From assembly GCA_016929295.1 (NCBI GenBank), contig JAFGJB010000214.1, positions 10,261-74,260 of the forward strand: a stretch of DNA of 64,000 nt. Direction: 5' to 3'. Position 1 is the first letter of the stretch. Each line of letters opens with the position of its first letter. Shown piece by piece: positions 19,951-28,858 of this stretch. The translations under genes were made by a program, and so were the position numbers. The notes under the pieces are model-generated. The model was not told the DNA's origin. It did no database searches and was given only the letters and a program-made list of their open reading frames with translations. Source of the stretch: Candidatus Zhuqueibacterota bacterium. Lineage in GTDB: Bacteria > Zhuqueibacterota > Zhuqueibacteria > Residuimicrobiales > Krinioviventaceae.

Positions 19951-21219
19951 CTAGCGCAAGGCGCGCATCGCAATGTCTTTGCGATAATAGGCGCCATCAA
20001 AAGCGATCCATTTTATTGCTTTGTACACCTTATCGATTGCTCTGGGAATCGACACATCCACAGCGGTGACGCCGAGGACACGGCCGCCGGAGGTGACGAT
20101 ATCGCGTCCGCGACGCGCAGTGCCGGCGTGATAGACGAAAACACCGTCATCCCACTGGTGATCCAGACCATGAATCTTTTTGCCTTTTTCGCAGGCGCCT
20201 GGATAACCACCGGAGGCCAGGACGACGCACACGGCGGCGCCAGGGCGATTGCGCCATTTCATTTTCTGCAGCGATCCCTCGCGCGTCGCTAAAATGCCTT
20301 CCATCAGGTCACTCTCGGCCAGCGGCAGGATCACCTGGGCCTCAGGATCGCCGAATCGAACGTTATATTCGACAACCCTGGGTCCATCGCGGGTGATCAT
20401 CAGACCAGCGTAGAGAATGCCTTTGTAAGGGCGACCCTCAAGCGCCATTCCCTTGATCGTCGGGGCAATGATCCCGGTTTCAATCTGCTGCAACATGGCC
20501 GGCGAAATATGTGGTGTCGGTGCATAGGCGCCCATGCCGCCCGTATTCGGGCCTTCATCATTGTCAAAGATTCTCTTGTGGTCCTGCGCCGGCATGAGCG
20601 TGACAAAGTTTTCGCCATCCGAGAGCGCCATGACGGACACCTCGTCACCCGTCATATACTCTTCGACGATGACTTTGGCGCCCGCCGCTCCGAACTCTTT
20701 ATCCTTCATCATCTTGTCCAGAGCGATCAGAGATTCATCCCGATTCATGCAGACGAGCACGCCCTTGCCGGCGGCCAATCCGTCGGCCTTGACGACGATC
20801 GGGCCGTTTTGTTTGAGCAAAAAGGCTTGCGCCTGACTATAATCATCGAATATGCGATAATCAGCGGTGGGGATATCGTATTTGTTGAGAATATATTTGC
20901 AAAAAGCTTTGCTGCCTTCGAGTTCTGCCGCTTTTTGGCTGGGTCCGAAACAGAACATGCCATTCTCTTCGAACGCATCCACTATGCCATTGACCAGCGG
21001 CGCTTCGGGACCGACGATGGTCAAGTCAATTTTTGCCGCGCGGGCAAATTTGAGCAGCGCCCGATTGTCCATGACCGGAATATCGACGCATTCCACCTCC
21101 TGCATGATGCCGGCGTTTCCCGGGGCGCAATAGACCTTGTCCACCAGCGGACTCTGTTTGATTTTCCAGACGATCGTATGCTCACGTCCGCCACCGCCAA
21201 TCACCAGAACTTTCATCAT
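19951..21219 (-). CDS. purD: Phosphoribosylamine--glycine ligase
   Basis: [14 protein letters not shown]-terminus and ATP-grasp fold motifs. Confidence 0.9.
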   Translation of the reverse strand: MMKVLVIGGGGREHTIVWKIKQSPLVDKVYCAPGNAGIMQEVECVDIPVMDNRALLKFARAAKIDLTIVGPEAPLVNGIVDAFEENGMFCFGPSQKAAELEGSKAFCKYILNKYDIPTADYRIFDDYSQAQAFLLKQNGPIVVKADGLAAGKGVLVCMNRDESLIALDKMMKDKEFGAAGAKVIVEEYMTGDEVSVMALSDGENFVTLMPAQDHKRIFDNDEGPNTGGMGAYAPTPHISPAMLQQIETGIIAPTIKGMALEGRPYKGILYAGLMITRDGPRVVEYNVRFGDPEAQVILPLAESDLMEGILATREGSLQKMKWRNRPGAAVCVVLASGGYPGACEKGKKIHGLDHQWDDGVFVYHAGTARRGRDIVTSGGRVLGVTAVDVSIPRAIDKVYKAIKWIAFDGAYYRKDIAMRALR

Positions 21220-23264
21220 TTCACCTGCCTATTGATCCTGCGCTGCCACTCTCCTGCGGAAAAACTTTCGTCCTTTAAAAAATCGATGCGGTCGCGAATC
21301 TCCGCGGCCTGCTCAAATGCGAGCTTGGACGCCGCCTCCATCATGGACTGTTCCAGTTGCGCCAGCATTTCGACTTTTTCTTCCTGTGACATCTGTTGCC
21401 AGACCGTGACGATATCGTCCTTCTTTTCGCTTTTCCGGCCATAGGTGTCAGGTTTGGCATCCGCGACGCTCGTGGCCATTAAAACCTCCTCAACGGACTT
21501 GAAGATCGTCCTGGGGGTGATGCCATGCTCTTCGTTATAACGCTGCTGAATGATGCGTCGTCTGTTTGTCTCATCGATGGCGCGTTGCATGGAATCGGTG
21601 ATATTGTCCGCATAAAAGATGACCTTGCCCGCCACATTGCGCGCCGCGCGTCCCGCCGTTTGGATGAGAGAGCGTTCCGATCGTAAAAATCCCTCTTTAT
21701 CCGCATCCAGAATGGCGACGAGAGACACTTCGGGCAGATCGAGACCCTCGCGCAATAAATTGATGCCAACCAATACATCAAACTGTGCCAATCGCAGATC
21801 ACGAAGAATGACCACGCGATCGAGCGCATCGATTTCGGAATGGAGATAGCGCACACGAATGCCGACGCCGGCCAGGTAATCGGTCAAATCCTCGGCCATG
21901 CGTTTGGTCAATGTCGTGACGAGGATGCGTTCATTTTTCTCGGCGCGACGGTTGATCTCGCTGATCAGATCATCAATCTGATTTTTCACCGGCCGCACCT
22001 CGATCTCTGGATCCATCAAGCCCGTCGGTCGAATGATCTGTTCGACCACGACACCGCCGCATTTTTGCAGCTCATAGTCAGCCGGCGTTGCCGAAACAAA
22101 AATGACCTGATTCACCATGGATTCAAACTCTTGAAAATTGAGCGGACGGTTATCCAGCGCCGAGGGCAACCGGAAGCCATATTCGACCAGCGTCTCTTTG
22201 CGGGCGCGATCGCCATGATACATGCCGCCAATTTGCGGCACCGTCGCATGCGATTCATCGATGATGAGAAGAAAATCGCTGGGAAAATAGTCGATGAGCG
22301 TGGCCGGCCGCTCACCTGGCTGACGACCTGACATGTGGCGGGAATAGTTCTCGACGCCGGAGCAGTAGCCAATTTCGCGCATCATCTCGAGATCATAGCT
22401 CGTCCGTTGCTCGATACGCTGCGCTTCGAGCAACTTGTTGTTCGATTTGAAATAGTCGAGCCGTTCCTGCAGCTCTTCTTCAATGCCGGCGATCGCTGCA
22501 TCCACGCGTTCACCGGGCGTGACAAAGTGTTTTGCCGGATAAATTGCCACGCGATCGAGCTCGTTCAGCACTTCGCCGGTCACCACATCGACGATGGCGA
22601 TGCGCTCGATTTCGTCCCCCCAGAGCTCGATGCGAATCGCCTCTCTCTCATAGGCGGGAATCACTTCGATGACATCGCCGCGGACCCGAAATGTGCCGCG
22701 ATCGAAGGCGATGTCGTTGCGCGTATAGAGGATTTCGACCAGGCGCTGCAGGATGGTGTTGCGCTCAATCGTCTGGCCGCGGTCCAGAAAAAGATTCATC
22801 TTTTTCCAGTCTTCCGGCGAGCCCAAACCATAGATGCACGACACCGAGGCGACAATGATCACGTCATTGCGCGACAATAACGAGCTGGCAGCTTTCAGGC
22901 GGAGGCGGTCGATCTCATCATTCACCGATGTGTCCTTTTCAATATACGTATCAGTTGTCGGCATGTAGGCCTCCGGCTGATAGTAATCGTAGTAGCTGAT
23001 AAAGTATTCGACAGCATTATGGGGGAAAAAGCCGCGCATTTCTCCATAGAGCTGCGCCGCCAGCGTTTTGTTGTGCGAGATCAGCAGCGTCGGTTTGTTG
23101 ATGTTGGCAATGACATTGGCCATAGTAAACGTCTTGCCGCTGCCGGTGACGCCGAGCAGAGTTTGGTATTTTTCGCCGTTCAGCAGCCCGCGAGTCAGTT
23201 CTGCAACCGCCTGCGGTTGATCACCCTGCAATTTAAATTCGGAGGAAAGGATGAACTTTTTCAT
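21216..23264 (-). CDS. uvrB: Excinuclease ABC subunit B
   Basis: [15 protein letters not shown] Walker A, helicase motifs, and the C-terminal UvrB/UvrC interaction region. I take the start at MKKFIL rather than the track's upstream extension. It overlaps purD by 4 nt. Confidence 0.9.
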   Translation of the reverse strand: MKKFILSSEFKLQGDQPQAVAELTRGLLNGEKYQTLLGVTGSGKTFTMANVIANINKPTLLISHNKTLAAQLYGEMRGFFPHNAVEYFISYYDYYQPEAYMPTTDTYIEKDTSVNDEIDRLRLKAASSLLSRNDVIIVASVSCIYGLGSPEDWKKMNLFLDRGQTIERNTILQRLVEILYTRNDIAFDRGTFRVRGDVIEVIPAYEREAIRIELWGDEIERIAIVDVVTGEVLNELDRVAIYPAKHFVTPGERVDAAIAGIEEELQERLDYFKSNNKLLEAQRIEQRTSYDLEMMREIGYCSGVENYSRHMSGRQPGERPATLIDYFPSDFLLIIDESHATVPQIGGMYHGDRARKETLVEYGFRLPSALDNRPLNFQEFESMVNQVIFVSATPADYELQKCGGVVVEQIIRPTGLMDPEIEVRPVKNQIDDLISEINRRAEKNERILVTTLTKRMAEDLTDYLAGVGIRVRYLHSEIDALDRVVILRDLRLAQFDVLVGINLLREGLDLPEVSLVAILDADKEGFLRSERSLIQTAGRAARNVAGKVIFYADNITDSMQRAIDETNRRRIIQQRYNEEHGITPRTIFKSVEEVLMATSVADAKPDTYGRKSEKKDDIVTVWQQMSQEEKVEMLAQLEQSMMEAASKLAFEQAAEIRDRIDFLKDESFSAGEWQRRINRQVK

Positions 23265-23274
23265 ATCTGCCACC

Positions 23275-23303
23275 AATATACTATAGTTGCGCCAAATTGT
23301 CAA
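23275..23303 (-). promoter_or_regulatory. Sigma-70-type promoter for uvrB: TTGACA-N17-TATATT, ending 10 nt before the ATG
   Basis: The minus strand reads cgcTTGACAatttggcgcaactatagTATATTggtggcagatATG. A 16-bp perfect palindrome ATTGTCAAGCGACAAT (23296-23311) overlaps the -35 element. Confidence 0.45.
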
Positions 23304-23403
23304 GCGACAATCTGACATTCATCGAGCAACAATTTTGATAAAAACCTTGCAAGTCAGGTTGAAAGAGGCTAATTTCTCTCGAAAATCTTCAAGGGTAGAG
23401 ACG

Positions 23404-25725
23404 ATGAAGCGGATCAGTTGCCTGTTCCTTCTCTTGTTCTGTCAAATAGTGTCCCTCGGCGCTGTCGAATACACGCGCGCCCTGTGGGTGACGCGGTGGG
23501 ATTATCGCACCGCGCAAGACATCGACAAAATCATGCATGATGCCGCTGGCAGTGGATTCAATACGATTCTATTCCAGGTGAGAGGGAATGGAACCGTCAC
23601 TTATCCGTCACAAATTGAGCTGCAATCAGAGCCATTCCGGGAAAGCGAGCTGGATGTCCTGGCACAGGCAATTGACACGGCGCACGCCGATGGCCTGCAG
23701 CTGCATGCCTGGATCAATGTTTTCCCCGGTTGGAGTGGTGACGAGCCGCCGACGAGTGCTGAACAACTTTACCGCAAACAGCCGACATGGTTCATGAATG
23801 ATGTCTATGGCAGAGAGTCGCAGCAGAATTACCGATTTTTATCGCCCACCCAGCCGGACGTTCGACTCTATCTGCAGAGTCTGTGCAAAGAAATCTATAC
23901 AAACTATAATGTTGACGGCATTCATTTTGATTACGTTCGCTTTCCGGCATCAACTTTTTCTTACGATGCCGTTTCGGTGGCGCTTTTTGAAAAAATCGCC
24001 GGCGTCAAACCTCAGGATCAACCGGCCGCGTGGCGACTCTGGCGCCGTAACAGTATTGATACCTTTCTGGAAAACGTCTATAAAGACATTAAATTCAACA
24101 AACCGCACGTCATTGTCAGTGCAGCGGTCATTTCAGATATTGCTGCAGCACGGGACCTCTATTTTCAGGACGCCAGTGGCTGGCTGGCGCGCGGTCAGGT
24201 GGACGCCATCTTTCCCATGCTCTATGCGGATGATAATCAGGTGTTCAAGCGAGAGCTGGATGAATATCTGCTCAACAGTCATGGTCGCCACGTCTATCCC
24301 GGCATTTGTCTCAAAAACAGAGAAGTGGGTGAAAAGCTGACGATTGCCCGCGACAGCGGCGCGCCCGGCGTCGCCATTCTTTCCTGCAGCGACAGGGCGG
24401 AAAATCGAGACATCACATCGGCTTTTGAATCAATCGTGGAAAGCCTGTGGTCGGAACCGGCGACTCCGGCGCGCATGCCATGGAAAATATACACGAAAGA
24501 CAATGTGGGACCGGCCTTTTACCAGATGCAGACGATCCCGTCTCCCCTGCCACCCCACACGCCCTTTCACATCGCGGTCCAAATCATGGATCCGTCAGGT
24601 GTTTACGACGACATGTCCGGGCAGGAAGGCCAGGGCATCTACCTCGAGTATGACACCTCCTGGCCTCCCGTCGACTCGGCCTCCGTGACGTTATCCCGTA
24701 TTGAGAAAACGCAAGACTGGTACAAGACCGACAGCCCTCTGCCCGGCCAGCCGGCAGGCGCCATTCTGCATGTCCGGATTGCCGCGCATGATAACTCTCA
24801 CGAGAGCCTGCACAGACCGAAGCGCAATGCGGCGCACAGCGATGTCGAGCATTTTCCGGTCATTCAAAATAATATGCCGTTTGAGTATGTCGGCGACATG
24901 GGGCCTGTTCTCTGGCAGCCCGGCGCACTCGTGGTTGACGCACGACATCAAATATGGGTGATCACGGGCGACGACGCGGTGGTCGTCATGGACTCGACGG
25001 GCAAACCGACGAGCTTTTCGCCGCTCAGCAACGGCATGAATGGCGACTATAAATCCATGGCCCTGACAAATATCGTCGGCTGTGCGCCGGATGCATTTGG
25101 AAATATGCTCGTCGCATGCAATAACAATCCCCCGACAATATTTCGCTTCAGCATTGCGGATGGCGAGCCGCTGCCCGGCATCTCGATCAACACAGCCGTT
25201 GGCAAACCGGATACTATTCGCGCGTTCGCCACCGACAATGCCGGCAATTCATTCATCCTGGAGAAGCATTCCGCTCGATGGTTCATCCTTTCTCCGACGG
25301 GCGACGATCTGAAAGGGATGCCCTATGGCAATCCGCGAAGGAGCGGCTCTGACATCGCTGTGCTTGGCAACGGCGCCATGGTGTTCATCACCGATCGAAC
25401 CGCCAATGTCGTGCAATGCTGGTACGGCGCAACGGAAGGAAGCTATTCGCAGTACTGGCCGGCGGATGATCTCCTGAAAAATGCTGTTGGCGTGCGGAAG
25501 CTCTTTGTCGCACAGGACGATCACATTTTCATCCCCAACAAGCGCTATAACTTTATCGCTGAATATGATCGCGCCGGTCGCTTGCTGGGGCATCTTTATG
25601 ATGAGAGCAAGCTCATCGCACCACAGGCACTGGCGTTTTCGCCAGATGGGAGGTTCTTGTATATCACCCAGGTCGTGGGTGATGGAGCAGACCGCGTCAA
25701 GCGCTGGATACGAAAAAAGCAGTAA
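23404..25725 (+). CDS. Secreted glycoside-hydrolase-like family 10 (GHL10/DUF187, PF02638-like) domain fused to a C-terminal NHL-repeat beta-propeller
   Basis: Signal peptide MKRISCLFLLLFCQIVSLGA. The N-terminal half (YTRALWVTRWDY...FNTILFQVRGNGTVTYPS...GIHFDYVRFP) has the pattern of GHL10-like TIM-barrel proteins. The C-terminal half has NHL-like repeats. I take the start at ATG 23404 rather than the track's 23287. Confidence 0.55.
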   Translation: MKRISCLFLLLFCQIVSLGAVEYTRALWVTRWDYRTAQDIDKIMHDAAGSGFNTILFQVRGNGTVTYPSQIELQSEPFRESELDVLAQAIDTAHADGLQLHAWINVFPGWSGDEPPTSAEQLYRKQPTWFMNDVYGRESQQNYRFLSPTQPDVRLYLQSLCKEIYTNYNVDGIHFDYVRFPASTFSYDAVSVALFEKIAGVKPQDQPAAWRLWRRNSIDTFLENVYKDIKFNKPHVIVSAAVISDIAAARDLYFQDASGWLARGQVDAIFPMLYADDNQVFKRELDEYLLNSHGRHVYPGICLKNREVGEKLTIARDSGAPGVAILSCSDRAENRDITSAFESIVESLWSEPATPARMPWKIYTKDNVGPAFYQMQTIPSPLPPHTPFHIAVQIMDPSGVYDDMSGQEGQGIYLEYDTSWPPVDSASVTLSRIEKTQDWYKTDSPLPGQPAGAILHVRIAAHDNSHESLHRPKRNAAHSDVEHFPVIQNNMPFEYVGDMGPVLWQPGALVVDARHQIWVITGDDAVVVMDSTGKPTSFSPLSNGMNGDYKSMALTNIVGCAPDAFGNMLVACNNNPPTIFRFSIADGEPLPGISINTAVGKPDTIRAFATDNAGNSFILEKHSARWFILSPTGDDLKGMPYGNPRRSGSDIAVLGNGAMVFITDRTANVVQCWYGATEGSYSQYWPADDLLKNAVGVRKLFVAQDDHIFIPNKRYNFIAEYDRAGRLLGHLYDESKLIAPQALAFSPDGRFLYITQVVGDGADRVKRWIRKKQ

Positions 25726-25734
25726 AGGAGCGGC

Positions 25735-26835
25735 ATGCCATTCGCGAAAATAGAACCGGAACAGATCAGAGTCTTTCCGCTTGCGTCACGCGTGAGCAAG
25801 AGTTGTATCGAGAAAGTGGCCATCGATCCGGATCAAAAACCATCACCATCCGACAGTGACAGCGTTCTGCAAGAGACCGCGAAGCGAATCAGACGGGCGC
25901 GGCAAAAGGGAGCTGCGGTCATACTCGCATTCGGGGCGCATCTGATAAAGAACGGCCTGGCGCCGCTGGTCATCGAGCTGATGAGAGGCGGCTGGGTGAC
26001 GCACATGGCCACAAATGGCGCCGGCGGCATTCACGACTGGGAATTCGCCTGGCACGGCCGCTCCGAGGAAGATGTACGCGCCAATGTCGCGACCGGCACG
26101 TTCGGGGCGTGGGAAGAAACGGGCAAATATGTCAATCTCGCGGTACAGGTCGGCGCCCTCGACGGCATGGGCTACGGAGAATCCCTCGGCGCGCTGATCG
26201 AGAACGAAGGGCTTCATTTTCCCGACCCGGCAGAACTGCAAAGGAGTGTCACCGCATCGGCGGTAGACGACATTTTATTGGGCGCCAAAATCGAGCTTTT
26301 ACAAACGATGCGAAAATTCAAGTTGGCGAGCGGCCGATGGCGCATCGCCCACCCCTACAAAAAATACTCTGTCTTTGGCCAGGCGTTTCATCTCGGCATC
26401 CCGGCAACCGTCCATCCCGGAATCGGCTACGACATCATATACGTTAATCCCTACGCCAATGGTGCGGCGCTGGGACGAGCGGCGCACGCGGATTTCAAAA
26501 TTATGATAAAGTCGGTCGCCAATCTGACGCACGGCGTCTTTTTATCAATCGGCTCAGCCGTCATGGCGCCGCAAATTTTCGAAAAATCGATCTCCTGCGC
26601 CAACAATCTCATGATCCAGCTGAACGAGCCGATCGTTCACGATCATTTCATGGTCGTCAATGATCTGCAGGAGGCATCGTGGGATTGGCGTCGCGGTGAA
26701 CCGCCAAAAGAGTCGCCGGACTATTATCTTCGCTTTCTCAAGAGCTTTTATCGCATGGGTGGTGAGGTTCGTTATGTCGCAGGGAACAATAGAAATTTTT
26801 TGTTAGCGTTATATCATCTGCTCCGTTCCGCATGA
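25735..26835 (+). CDS. Deoxyhypusine synthase family (DHS-like NAD-binding) protein
   Basis: ILAFGAHLIKNGLAPLVIELMRGGWVTHMATNGAGGIHDW resembles the DHS core LGFTSNLISSGIRE...VTTAGGVEED. An AAGGAG RBS lies 6 nt upstream. The gene sits 10 bp after the preceding gene. The call rests on motif similarity only. Confidence 0.4.
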   Translation: MPFAKIEPEQIRVFPLASRVSKSCIEKVAIDPDQKPSPSDSDSVLQETAKRIRRARQKGAAVILAFGAHLIKNGLAPLVIELMRGGWVTHMATNGAGGIHDWEFAWHGRSEEDVRANVATGTFGAWEETGKYVNLAVQVGALDGMGYGESLGALIENEGLHFPDPAELQRSVTASAVDDILLGAKIELLQTMRKFKLASGRWRIAHPYKKYSVFGQAFHLGIPATVHPGIGYDIIYVNPYANGAALGRAAHADFKIMIKSVANLTHGVFLSIGSAVMAPQIFEKSISCANNLMIQLNEPIVHDHFMVVNDLQEASWDWRRGEPPKESPDYYLRFLKSFYRMGGEVRYVAGNNRNFLLALYHLLRSA

Positions 26836-26871
26836 GACGCTCGGCGTTGTGAATATTCGGAGGAGAAAGGG

Positions 26872-26892
26872 ATGCGATGTGTGTCATTTTAA
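26872..26892 (+). other. 6-codon sORF (MRCVSF) with a strong Shine-Dalgarno sequence. It may be a leader peptide or a chance occurrence.
   Basis: GGAGGAG lies 6-7 nt upstream of the ATG. The stop TAA runs directly into the tandem repeat array. Confidence 0.2.
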
Positions 26893-26935
26893 TTTCGTGA
26901 AAATTCGTGAGAAATTCGTGAGAATTCGTGATTCG
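26892..26935. repeat. Four tandem direct repeats of ATTCGTGA(G)A with a 10-11 bp period, followed by a T8 tract, in an AT-rich intergenic region
   Basis: The sequence is aATTTCGTGAAAATTCGTGAGAAATTCGTGAGAATTCGTGATTCGtttttttt. The period is about one helical turn. Confidence 0.6.
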
Positions 26936-27285
26936 TTTTTTTTCCAGAGTTATATGAATAGGTGTATTGATTGCGATCGATCCTTATGAAATATTGATAT
27001 TTACTGACACATTTTCTTAGCAAGTAAAGTAATCATTTTGCGAAATATTCCAAGTAATTGAAATTGATTTAGTTGCAACTATTCTCTTGCGTATCCGAGC
27101 TACCCCTTTTGTTGGGATGGTAAACTTTGGCCGGATTAAATAACGCTGCCGTCGAACGCTGGCGATTTTCGGCTCTCCTTGTCGCCGGGGGAATATGAGA
27201 CATCGCCACGCTGTTTAAAAATTTAAGGCTGCTACACTGTATGATGCTGATTGGGAATGATTGGGAGAATTGATAAAACGGGAGA

Positions 27286-28851
27286 ATGACAAAGTTGGGG
27301 AAGCGCCAGCGCAGCTTTAACGAACCAAAGTACGAAATCAACATAGAGTCCAAAGACCGGGTTACCATCAGGCAGGAGAAGATCAATCCGCTCTGGCGCC
27401 TTTTGAAGCAGATCCTCGTCATTTCTGCCATCGCTTATGCAGTGATGCTCGGCTGCGGATTCGTCTATAATCTCACGAGTCATTTGCTGACTCCGTCTCG
27501 AGTCACCATTTTACCTGTTCATAGCATCCACCTCGAGCCGCTCCCCGCACAGGCAGCTGAGGGCATCAATGTCTATATCGACGGACGTAAAAAACCGTTG
27601 GCGAAAAAGCTGACAGCGGAGGGAATCACCATTCCCTTCAGATGGAGGGGACAACACATCCTTGGCATCGAACATGTCAACAGCCGCATGGATTCACTGG
27701 CCTTCGCCAGAGAAAAGAGCAGGCTGGATTCTCTCAAGCTGCATAAACATAAACAGGATGCACAAGACCTGCTGCACGACTTTATTTTTCACAAAATCAT
27801 TTCAGAGCGAGATTTCGACACCTCGCGATTTTTATATTTTGTTCATCGCAAACCGTTCGCTGAAAAGGCGCAGCTGATTTTTTTATCGAAAGCGGACGAC
27901 TCCACCATACTGTTTGGACAGACGTTGACGAAAAATATAGCCGATCATTCTGTCTTGGTGCGAGATTTCCACAGATCCTTGTATTCCCGCGTCTCGGTCT
28001 ATAGTTCAAATGTCGATCAAGTGATGAATGGTTTTCTCGATGACCTCAAACGGTCCTATGCTGTTGATATCCCTTTGTTCAACGAGCTCGCCTGGTTTTC
28101 GGAAAACCGCATGAAGCGATTCCATTATGCGGACGAGATGAGGCAGCTGTTCAGGAGCTCGGTTTTCATTCTGCCGTTCATCGAGAAAAACGCACGGGGT
28201 GAAATAGTTGCCAAATTCGTTTTATCATTTGCTGATGTGGGCGCCATTGAATTTGAGCCGATTGAAATCAACAACATTGCGCTCAATGAGATCGATATTT
28301 TGCCGCCGGATGCCGCCCTTTTTGAGATCATCGCCGTCTATCTCCGCGTCTATTACGCATTTCTTTCATCCGGCAGAGTAGATGAATCGCACCTGCGTGA
28401 CTTTATCGCGGTCTGCAGCCGCCACAGCCCGAATGTCGATGCACTCGATCGCATCGGCAACCGAATTATGCGCCTCAGCTCGGCGCCGACTAAAACTCGC
28501 TTGGTCCGGATGGCGGATTTTTTCGCCAGGATCGAACATCTGCAGTGTCGAGCACTATATGACGAGTTGGCCGCTTTCTGGCAGAGCGGTCCCCTTGACC
28601 TTGGTTCAGTCGATCAATCCACTGCCCAGGAAAAAGAGGTTGTGCGCGCCATCATCAAATGGACCCTGGCGCTGAAGGAGAACAAGCATCAATGCGCCGA
28701 GAACGACTGGCCGACCGCCGGCCAACGCCTGGCCCTCTTTCATCAGGTCAAAAAAAGCGTCGATGAGACGGCGACACTATCGTGGCTGCGCCAGGAACCA
28801 TTGTACGCTGTCCTGCAGACGGAAATAGCGAACCTTGAGCAAAACTTTTAG
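27286..28851 (+). CDS. Hypothetical protein with a single N-terminal TM anchor, otherwise unrecognised
   Basis: A long ORF with coding-like composition. The TM helix is LLKQILVISAIAYAVMLGCGFVY. No motif I can name. Confidence 0.5.
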   Translation: MTKLGKRQRSFNEPKYEINIESKDRVTIRQEKINPLWRLLKQILVISAIAYAVMLGCGFVYNLTSHLLTPSRVTILPVHSIHLEPLPAQAAEGINVYIDGRKKPLAKKLTAEGITIPFRWRGQHILGIEHVNSRMDSLAFAREKSRLDSLKLHKHKQDAQDLLHDFIFHKIISERDFDTSRFLYFVHRKPFAEKAQLIFLSKADDSTILFGQTLTKNIADHSVLVRDFHRSLYSRVSVYSSNVDQVMNGFLDDLKRSYAVDIPLFNELAWFSENRMKRFHYADEMRQLFRSSVFILPFIEKNARGEIVAKFVLSFADVGAIEFEPIEINNIALNEIDILPPDAALFEIIAVYLRVYYAFLSSGRVDESHLRDFIAVCSRHSPNVDALDRIGNRIMRLSSAPTKTRLVRMADFFARIEHLQCRALYDELAAFWQSGPLDLGSVDQSTAQEKEVVRAIIKWTLALKENKHQCAENDWPTAGQRLALFHQVKKSVDETATLSWLRQEPLYAVLQTEIANLEQNF

Positions 28852-28858
28852 AAATCAA

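Noticed and set aside
20509-21444. 311-aa plus-strand ORF spanning the purD/uvrB junction
   Set aside because: It is antisense to two well-supported genes with clear motifs. It has no RBS and no homology features.
23265-23318. N-terminal extension of uvrB in the track ([18 protein letters not shown]...) and the track start 23287 for the plus-strand GHL10 gene
   Set aside because: The extensions would read through the divergent promoter region. The internal starts (MKKFIL for uvrB; ATG 23404 with a signal peptide for GHL10) fit conserved N-termini and leave a sensible intergenic promoter region.
26892-26935. Possible CRISPR array
   Set aside because: The repeats are only 10-11 bp and directly abutting, with no spacers. 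There are no cas genes in the window. This is a short tandem repeat, not a CRISPR.
27069-27431. 120-aa minus-strand ORF in the AT-rich intergenic region
   Set aside because: It overlaps the start of the well-supported 27286 plus-strand gene. It lies in low-complexity AT-rich sequence and has no RBS.
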